From the NCBI GenBank assembly GCA_951406725.2, contig OX597833.1, positions 18,290,001 to 18,354,000 on the forward strand: a stretch of DNA of 64,000 nt, read 5' to 3'. How positions within the stretch are numbered: position 1 is the first letter of the stretch; each line of letters begins with the position of its first letter. Below are positions 55,105 to 64,000 of the stretch, one piece after another. The position numbers and the translations under genes are program-made. The notes beneath the pieces were generated by a model. It ran no database searches. It saw nothing but the letters and a program-made list of their open reading frames with translations, and was not told where the DNA came from. The stretch comes from Octopus vulgaris. Taxonomy: Eukaryota.

Positions 55105-56181
55105 GTATGCATGCATGTGTGCGCTTAGACATGGAAATAGGCGGAGAAAGCTTGTCAAATAAATTAATTATTTGAAAGAATGCATCCATTTAAAGTGTCA
55201 TTTGTATCAAAAGAGGGTTGAAATATATAAGAACAAGTTCTAACTGGCCACTTAATGTCTTTCAATGTTGTTATTTTATCCCTGTGTCTACGAAAGTGTA
55301 TATATGTGTGCATGCGTTCGTGTGTGTGTATGTGTTTGTGATGTTGGGCCTTGCTTATTTGCGTGCGTACAAGAAGATGAATGACTGCGTGTGACATTAT
55401 GACAGCAGTGTTTGACAACGAAACCTAAAGCTATGTTACTGAGAAAGGTGTGAAAATGTCCATGTACATTTGCACGTATGCTGTGTATGAGTAATGTTTG
55501 TATGTATGAATGTATGTGAGTACGTATGTACACACACACACACATACACAGAGCTTACAGTGATATAAAACAACATTGTAGACCTCAAGCGCTGACAGGA
55601 TAACGCACTTATGCAAGTACCAAATCCAGTTTGGAAGCATCTCTCCTACACATCAGTAGAACCTTGGTGTGACGTTCTTCTAAAATAGTAAACGTGAAAG
55701 ACGGGAAATATGAAACGTGAAAAATGTGAAACGGGAAAAATAGGAAACGGGAAAAACGTGAAATGCACGACAGCTGTTTCAGTAGAATTTTATTTAATGT
55801 GATTGTAAAAAGATTACATCTTCACATAGCCAACAGTTGTTTGGCTCGTGTTATTTTCATGTTCTACATTCGAATCTATTGAGGAATGAAATGTGGTCTA
55901 AAACAAGCAATTAATAAACAAGGATAGGAAATCATAGATATATAGAATGGGAAAATCTATATTAATTTATCAATTTAATTTATGGGTTTAACTTAGGCAC
56001 CGAAATAAATGAGGTTTCATAGACAGAGTTATGTCAGAGAGTGTAATCAAAATGTCATCCGATACGTAGCAGTTTTACCATCAATTAAAGAAGACAGGCA
56101 AAAGGATTTCACCAACAACCAGCATCAAACCGTCATAGGCGTCTGCCCTCGCATACACATATGTACGCGCAGTACATACAC

Positions 56182-56588
56182 ACAGGGGGACGTAGTTTCC
56201 ACAGGCGTTGGACAGGGAGACTAGTTTCCACAGACACTGGACAGGGAGACGTAGTTTCCACAGGTGCTGGACAGGGAGACTAGTTTTCACTGGCGCTGGA
56301 TAGGGAGACGTAGTTTCTACAGACGCTGGACAGGGAGACGTAGTTTCCACAAGCGCTAGACAGGGAGACGTATTTCCACAGGCACTGGACAGGGAGACGT
56401 AGTTTCCACAGGCACTGGACAGGGAGACGTAGTTTTCACAGACGCTGGACAGGGAAACGTTGTTTTCATAGGCGCTGGATGGGAGACGTAGTTTCCACAG
56501 ACGTTGGACAGGAAGACATAGTTTCCACAGACGCTGGACAGGGAGACGTAGTTTCCACAGACACTGGACAGGGAAACGTAGTTTCCAC
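56182..56588 (+). repeat. 30-bp minisatellite, about 13.5 copies
   Basis: Consensus CAGGGAGACGTAGTTTCCACAGACGCTGGA, contiguous units with substitutions and 1-nt indels. Confidence 0.95.
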
Positions 56589-57738
56589 GGTCCCTTCTAC
56601 CGGAAAGGGCACATGTATTGCATATTCTCTTAAATCATCGGCTGTGATACCCGTTTCGTGTCTAGTGGGGCTGTCTAATAATCGATTTTGAAACAAATCT
56701 AATCATAGTTATTGTAAAAGAAAGAAAGAAAGAAAGAATTACTGTCGAGTCAGACAACTCATTTTGATCATAGAAAGGAAGAACTTACATTGATTTGAGC
56801 GTTAGTTATTCAATTTTGCTGTTTGTGATAGAAAAAGACAAACTCGAATCTGTACTTTCTCATGGTACCTATTTCAATAAGATTGACAGAGTCAATAAAG
56901 ATTCATATTTTTTATACTTATTATGCATGATGTGCAATTCCTAGAATGAATTTGGAACGTCGTTCCACTTGACATTGTACTGAATAGGAAAACTAGAAAT
57001 TTGCCACTGTTCATGGGAAGAAACTATAGACTGGTTGAAAGTTCTCGAGAAACCTCATCCACGATGTGGTTTGATTCCAGCTTAGAAATGTGTTATTTCA
57101 TATGGGCTACAAATGGTACCTCAGGGAAGGTGTAAAGATCACCATACGTATATAATTACTGCGACTTCCCCATCATGTACATTTTTGTACTGAGTTCAAA
57201 TCCTGTTGTTATCGACTTTCATCCTTTCAGGTTCGATAAAAGTAATGATTTCCAATATAGGCATGAAGTCAGAATTTTGGGGGTGAGGGAACTCCCTACC
57301 ACTTTGCTTCCTTGTCAATATGTTAGTTTGTACGATTTTTTGAAATAAACGAAGTAAAGAATAAAGATTAAAAAAATAACATTTATTTCTCCCAATTTGT
57401 GTATTTTCATGTGATTGCTAGAAATCAATACAAATAATTAGTTAAGGGTGGCGAGCTGGCAGAAACGTTAGCATGCCGGGCGAAATGCTTAGCGGTAATT
57501 CGTCTGCCGCTACGTTCTGAGTTCAAATTCCGCCGAGGTCGACTTTGCCTTTCATCCTTTCGGGGTCGATTAAATAAGTACCAGTTACGCACTGGGGTCG
57601 GTGTAATCGACTTAATCCGTTTGTCTGTCCTTGTTTGTCCCCTCTGCATTTAGCCCCTTGTGGGCAATAAAGAAATGAATACAAATCATGAATTAATTAT
57701 AAAATTAATTTAATGTTTTATTTCTCTTACTTATTCAG

Positions 57739-57856
57739 ATCAACCGGCTGAAATGTACAGATAAAGATAAAATAACAGCTCTGATATGTTTTATTAATGG
57801 TAAAAACAAAGATCTTTTTTCTATGAACGCTGACGGAGATTTGTTACTGAAGAGAG
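57739..57856 (+). CDS. Cadherin exon 10 (EC7), GC donor
   Basis: TTCAG|INRLKCTDKDK...FSMNADGDLLLKR G|GCAAGT; phase 0 to 1, joining to GVDYD. Confidence 0.85.
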
Positions 57857-59350
57857 GCAAGTTCGATCTTCTATTTACATCAAAATGCAGACGAATTTTG
57901 ATAGCCCTATACACGAAACATGTATGAGATTTTTATGAAAGCCTCCACTCGTTCGATCGAAATGCGAGAAACAGCCAGCGATCACACAATTCTAATATAG
58001 ATTAATATTGTCCCTAACGAAGCATGCAATAAAAAATGAAAAAAATTGATAATATGGTCACTGGTAAAGCATCCTTGATTTCTGCCAAAGCTGTTGTGTC
58101 TTCGCATTCTGACAGATAAAAGAAAAATGATGAGACATTATAGATATTACATATCAGTGGTTCGATACTATTAATTGCTATGTTATTGTACAACATTAAG
58201 GCGCGTGGCTTAATGGTTAGGGGCATTCGGCTCATGATCGTAAGATCGTAAGCTCAATTCCCGGCGGCGCGTTGTGTCCTTGAGCAAGACACTTTATTTC
58301 ACGTTGCTCCAGTCCACTCAGCTGGCAAAAATGAGTAGTACCTGTATTTCAAAAGGCCAGCCTTGTCACACACTGTGTCACGCTGAATCTCCCCGAGAAC
58401 TATGTTAAGGGTACACGTGTTTGTGGAGTGCTCAGCCACTTACACGTTAATTTCACGAGCAAGCTGTTCCGCTGATCGTATCAGCTGGGACCCTCGTCGT
58501 CGCCACTGACGGAGTGCTCCTTTGTTATACAGCCCATATTTCCCAGATCAACCCTTATTTCTTAGAATTCTAATAAGATGCATTCAACTGCGACCGTTCT
58601 GTCATTATTTCATACAGAGTGTATAAAAACCTACATTATACGCTTCCGTAAAAGTGATAAGCTGGCAAAATCGTTAGCAAGCCGGGCAAAACGTTTAACG
58701 ACATTTTGTCTGTCTTTACGTTCCGCCGGGGTCGACTTTGCCTTTCCTCCTTGCGGGTCGATAAAATAAGTACCAGTTGAGCACTGGGGTTGACGTTAAC
58801 GACTCGTCTCCTCACCTAAATTTCAGTCCTTGTGCCAATAGTAAAAAGGATTATTTCAAGTACAATGTATCTAAAACTGCTTTATATTATGTGCACTTCC
58901 GTAAGATCGACGAGCTGGCAGAATCGTTAGTACACCGGCCAAACTCCTTAGCGGCATTTCTTCCACCCCTTAACGTTCAGAGTTCAAATTCCGCCGAGGC
59001 CGATTCTGATTTTCATTCTTTCAGGGTAGATAAAATGAGTACCAGTTGGTGCGATGTAATCGACTCGCTCCCTACCTCAAAATTTTTGGGTTTGTACCTA
59101 TATATGAAAATTATGCGAGCTTCCATTTTAAAGATAGTTTCGATTCCTGGACCGGGCGATGAGTTGTGTTCTTGAGCAAAACACTTCATTTTCACATTGC
59201 TCCAGTCCACTCAGCTGGCAAAAGTGAGTAATCCTGCGACCGATCGGCATCCCGTCCAGCTGGGAGCATTTATACGCCACTGAAACCGGGAAATCGGTCC
59301 TTATGAGCCTGGCAGGGCTCCAGAAGGAAACACACACACACACACACATA

Positions 59351-59441
<91 letters not shown>

Positions 59442-59608
59442 GAAAGAGGTACAGTGATCTTGCCGTGAGGAGTGGAATATCCAAAGTTTCGGATTCAATC
59501 CTTCGTCAGGGTGCAGTCAAAGAGATATTTCACACCTCACGGCAAGTTCACTCTACCTCTTCCATATTTTTTCAAGTCTTGCCGATGCAAAGCTATCTGA
59601 TTACTGCT

Positions 59609-59659
<51 letters not shown>

Positions 59660-60071
59660 TTATATATATATGTATGTATGTATGTATCTATGTATGTTTG
59701 TATGTATGTATGTATGTATGTATGTGTGTGTGTGTGCGTGTGTGTGTATAAATAAATAAATATATATATATACATACATACACACACCATACATATGCAC
59801 TCTGTTTGGTCACAGACACGCACACACACACTCACACACTTCAGTCACCCGCCTCTATTCACACACGCATACACCATTCTCACATACACACGCGCGCGCC
59901 TTCTCTTGTTGGAATCACTAGCACTATAATCATCTTCCTTTCATTCAAACTCATTTTTTTGCTGTTATCCCACTTTTTATTCAACCTCTTTTTTTTCCAT
60001 CATTCGCTATGCTGGACCGCTTAACTCAACACGTTTTTTTTAATTCTCTCTCTCTGTTTATTTCCTCTTAT

Positions 60072-60110
60072 TCTTTTCTGTTGCAGAGCGTACGCTCGAA
60101 ACGTAAAAGA
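60072..60110 (+). ncRNA. Degenerate minimal hammerhead motif
   Basis: TCTTTT-CTGTTGC-A-GAGC-GTAC-GCTC-GAAA-CGTA-AAAGA; same layout as 5898-5930 with a mutated core. Confidence 0.45.
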
Positions 60111-60198
60111 CATTTTCCTTTTTTCCGAGCATCAAACTAATATACTTGCTTGTTGTTCATACACCTGTCTTCATCTCTTGTTTTTCTATAAATTTCAA

Positions 60199-60262
<64 letters not shown>

Positions 60263-60460
60263 GTGTGTGTGTGTGTGGCTGTGTAGTAAGAAGCTTGGTC
60301 CCCAATCACATGGTTCCGAATTCATTTCCCCTGCAAGGCACCTTGGGCGGCAAGTGTCTTCTACTATAGCCTCGGGCCGACTAAAGCCTTGTGAGTGGAT
60401 TTGATAGACAGAAACTGAAAGAATACCATCGTATATATGTATATGTATATATCTATGTGC

Positions 60461-60512
<52 letters not shown>

Positions 60513-60712
60513 TATTAATGCAATACTAGAGTATCGCTTTCCAGTAAAGAATAGCCCGTGAGGGAAAAATACACAGAGTAGTAAATACGCGGTGAAGCTA
60601 TACATTAGCGTCGTATTTTTGCGTTCGCTATTTTCAGTAAATATCGGTACTTAGTTGTGCCATTTATTTACTACTTTGTATATATATATATATATAAAAC
60701 ATCATATTGTAG

Positions 60713-60961
60713 GCGTAGACTATGATTCTGGACCGTCACACTTCTCTGCTGAAATCACAGTGACCGATGGAAAGCACAGTATTTTGGTGTTTGTGATGTT
60801 AGTCTTAGTCCCTACCAATGATGCCAGACCGGTTATTCTGCCAGCATCTGATAAGGTTACGTTGAAAGAAAACCTACCACCAGGGACTACCGTTACTCAT
60901 GTAACGGCGACAGACGCCGACGCAGCTCCGCATAACATCGTGAAATACCAGTTGCTTGGAG
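60713..60961 (+). CDS. Cadherin exon 11 (EC7/EC8)
   Basis: TGTAG|GC VDYD...VTDG...PTNDARP...LKENLPPG...ATDAD; G|GTAACC; phase 1 to 1. Confidence 0.95.
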
Positions 60962-61909
60962 GTAACCACAATATTTTCTATGTCACTTTGCTTGTAAGTT
61001 TGTTGTTTTAATGTAATATAAAAATAAACAAATGCGCCCTTTTAAAGCCGAGCCACGCTCATGGGCCCTGTTTCCCGGTTTCAATGGCGTATGTGTTCCC
61101 CAGCTGGACGGGTCACCAGTCCATCGCAGCGTTACTCACTTTTGCCAGCTGAGTGGACTGGAGCAACGTAAAATGAAGTGTTTTGCTCAAGAACACAACG
61201 CGTCGCCCGGTCCAGGAATCGAAACTATAATCTTACGATCATGATGCTGACATCCTAACCGCTAAGCCACGCGCCTCCACTTTAATGTAATATGCAAACT
61301 AATTATTTAGAGAAAATGACTGATGAATAAATATTACTCTGCAGTATAGTATGACGTGTTCCAGTTGCTTTTAGTGACCTTAACATTGGAAGAAAATCAC
61401 AAAATGGTAACATAATGAAACAATGATATGAAGGTCAATAAATTTATGCCTTTAAAGCAGAAATGAAATCATTTCCGGAAATTCCATGGATCCGGCTACT
61501 ATAGAAATTGCAACAATATTCCTAGAACAATTAGGGAATCAAAAGATATATCTATATAATTACAACCACGAAAGGCAATGAGCTGGCAGAATTGTTAGCA
61601 CGCCGGTCGAAACGTTTTGCAGCGTTTTGTTCGTCTTTACATTCTGAGTTTAAATTCCACCGAGGTTGACTTTACCTTTCATCATTTCGCGATCGATAAA
61701 ATAAGTACCAATTGCTGGCCTTGTGCCGAAACATGAAAGCGATATAATTATAATCATGCATCTTTTTTTATATAATCCTTTTAACTGGAGTAATAATTGC
61801 TGATATACTTTAACTGCAAGGAAAATTATATATAATACACATGGGAATCGAACCCACACATCTCATTTTCACAAGTTTGCTACGCATATATGTGAGTGAG
61901 TGTGTGTGT

Positions 61910-61950
<41 letters not shown>

Positions 61951-61953
61951 CAT

Positions 61954-62051
<98 letters not shown>

Positions 62052-62607
62052 TGAGAAAGTGGAAGAGGTAAAATCGAGGCTACATATGTTTCCTAACTTA
62101 TCCTCTGATGTAATAATTACTCAACGATAGGTACTCACCTAACTTCTCATCAGGCCGAAGATACCTTAATTATATAAACGTTGCATTGTGACATTCGATG
62201 CCTATAAATTGCTATTGTTCCTGCAAGTACACGGTTCACTTATTGTTCTTTATACCTGCCACGGACTACTTGAAGCTTACAAACACCCTATAGTTGAACT
62301 CTTGGATCTTACCCTCATATATATATATGATGGCGGGCTATCTTATTGAAAACTACTCTTACGTCGTTTTCGACAGTAGTCATTCAAGAGTCTTTCAATG
62401 ACAAGACAAAAGAAAAACTCTGAGCAATGTTATAGTGTTATAGGCAAATATAATATAAAAACAAAGATGGTGCATAATAGATACAGATAACAAGTGCTCA
62501 GAGTGGAGCAACATCGTAAAATGCAACACTAAACAAAGGAATACGGAGTCCAGTTAAGTAAGCATTGGCTTCAAGCAATGTGCCGTTTGAGCTAATATAT
62601 TTATATT

Positions 62608-62642
<35 letters not shown>

Positions 62643-62665
62643 TAGATAGATAGATAGATAGATAT

Positions 62666-62706
<41 letters not shown>

Positions 62707-62939
62707 TACACACAAAATATAAATGAGTAACAAAGGTGTATTAGTGTCAATTCACTACGGCCGTTTCGAGTCTTCGCTACAGTAATTTATTTAGTTTATA
62801 TCTCTGTTTTTGTGCCCACTTTAAGAACTACGTTAACCATTCTTTCGAAATGAGAATTATCAGTACTTGAAATAACTACTTTATTGAATCTAACTTTAAA
62901 CTGAGGTAACCTTTTCTGTTATATTTCTGGTGAATGAAG

Positions 62940-63061
62940 CATCCAACAAATTCGGAATAGACAGATCGTCTGGAGAAATACGACTTCTCAGTTATCTGGA
63001 CTATGAAGTTCAAACATCGTATCAGCTGAAGGTGATTGTTACAGATGGAGGAGGTCTGAAG
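62940..63061 (+). CDS. Cadherin exon 12 (EC8); gene continues beyond the window
   Basis: SNKFGIDRSSGEIRLLSYLDYEVQTSYQLKVIVTDGGGLK|GTAACG; acceptor AAG at 62937-62939 is weak, so the start is uncertain. Confidence 0.88.
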
Positions 63062-63096
63062 GTAACGTAAGCGTTTATTAATGATATCATCTAGTA

Positions 63097-63355
63097 CAGT
63101 ATTTCTCAAACATTTATTTATTTACCTTTGGACCCCTTTGATTCCTGTTTTACTCGGATGGATCCTCATAGTCATTCGATGTTTAAAATATCCTATTATA
63201 CTTTTATAGTTAAATATTATTAGGAATTGTATTTAAAAAATTGTTAAAGTATTCCGTGTATTGAGAAGTAAAACCAATTTACTGAACATAGATTTTAACA
63301 ACTAAACCTTCCAAGGGTCACCAAAGGTCATACTGACCCCGGTTGAGAACCACTG
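63097..63355. mobile_element. hAT-like MITE
   Basis: CAGTATTTCTCAA / GGTTGAGAACCACTG TIRs; degenerate 8-bp TSD ATCTAGTA / ATCTCATA. Confidence 0.7.
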
Positions 63356-63721
63356 ATCTCATATGAATATGGAAAGCGGCGATATGACAGAATCATTAGT
63401 ACTTCGGTCCAAATGTTAAGCAGCAATTCTCCCGGCTTTTTACTGTGAGTTTAATTACCACCGAAAGTAACTTTGTCCTTCATCCCTCGGAATCGATTGA
63501 ATAAGGTACCAGTTATACCAGTCAAATACAAAGAACGATGTAATCAATTTGCCCCCTCTCATCAAAAACTTGCAACAGACCGATGTCCTATTCACGACTA
63601 TGTTGTGAGTAGTGGTAGTGGTGGTGGTGGTGGTGGTGGTAGTCGTCGTCGTCGTGATGATGGTGGTGTTTGTGGCAGAGTTGACCTTTGACTGTGAAGC
63701 TGTCGTCTGGGTTCTTCCAAT

Positions 63722-63930
63722 TCTTCGTGTGTCGGTGGCGGAGTTGGCGTCCATGCTCACACCTGCACCTGTTTTGCTCCTCCCCTCCCTCCCTCCTTCA
63801 TGAAGCTGTGGGGAAGGCAGGGTAGGGAAATCAACGTCGTAAGCGTTGTCAAGGAGACCAGCCTTCTTTTAGAACAACGACTTCATGGCTTGAAGACGCC
63901 AAAACAGAAATGGCTAAGAAAGCCGAAAGC
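63722..63930 (+). repeat. Repeat homologous to the interior of the Helitron at 10814-11328
   Basis: Reverse complement of about 10905-11110. Confidence 0.8.
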
Positions 63931-64000
63931 AAATTCTACAAAATCGGGAAACATGCCACACAGGGAAGGTTTCCCGTGCAAAGTATTTGCACAACCGAAT

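Noticed and set aside
56182-56588. CRISPR-like array of 30-bp repeats
   Set aside because: Units are contiguous with no unique spacers, there are no cas genes, and the context is eukaryotic

Overview
Eukaryotic, AT-rich, microsatellite- and SINE-dense DNA. The repeat families resemble those of coleoid cephalopods (Octopus); this is recognition from memory, not a database result. One host gene is supported: a + strand multi-exon cadherin. I traced 12 coding exons from 18242 to 63061 with matching splice phases, giving about 845 codons, a signal peptide and at least 8 cadherin repeats; the gene continues past the window. One intron is GC-AG. The rest is transposon material: several tRNA-derived SINE families, non-autonomous Helitrons, hAT-like MITEs, Tc1/mariner and pogo relics, RTE and L1/Tx1 fragments, and a cluster of R4/Dong-like retroelements in (TAA)n arrays. 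Most ORFs in the supplied track are microsatellite or SINE artefacts. Three signals stand out. (1) A short Penelope-like element carries a minimal hammerhead ribozyme with a compensatory G3:C8 core swap and forms a perfect 148-bp-arm palindrome in an intron; several other minimal hammerhead motifs occur elsewhere. (2) A SINE repeatedly joins its 3' tail to one fixed position in the tRNA-like head of its own family. (3) There are several long fold-back repeats. Exon boundaries were hand-counted; repeat boundaries are approximate.
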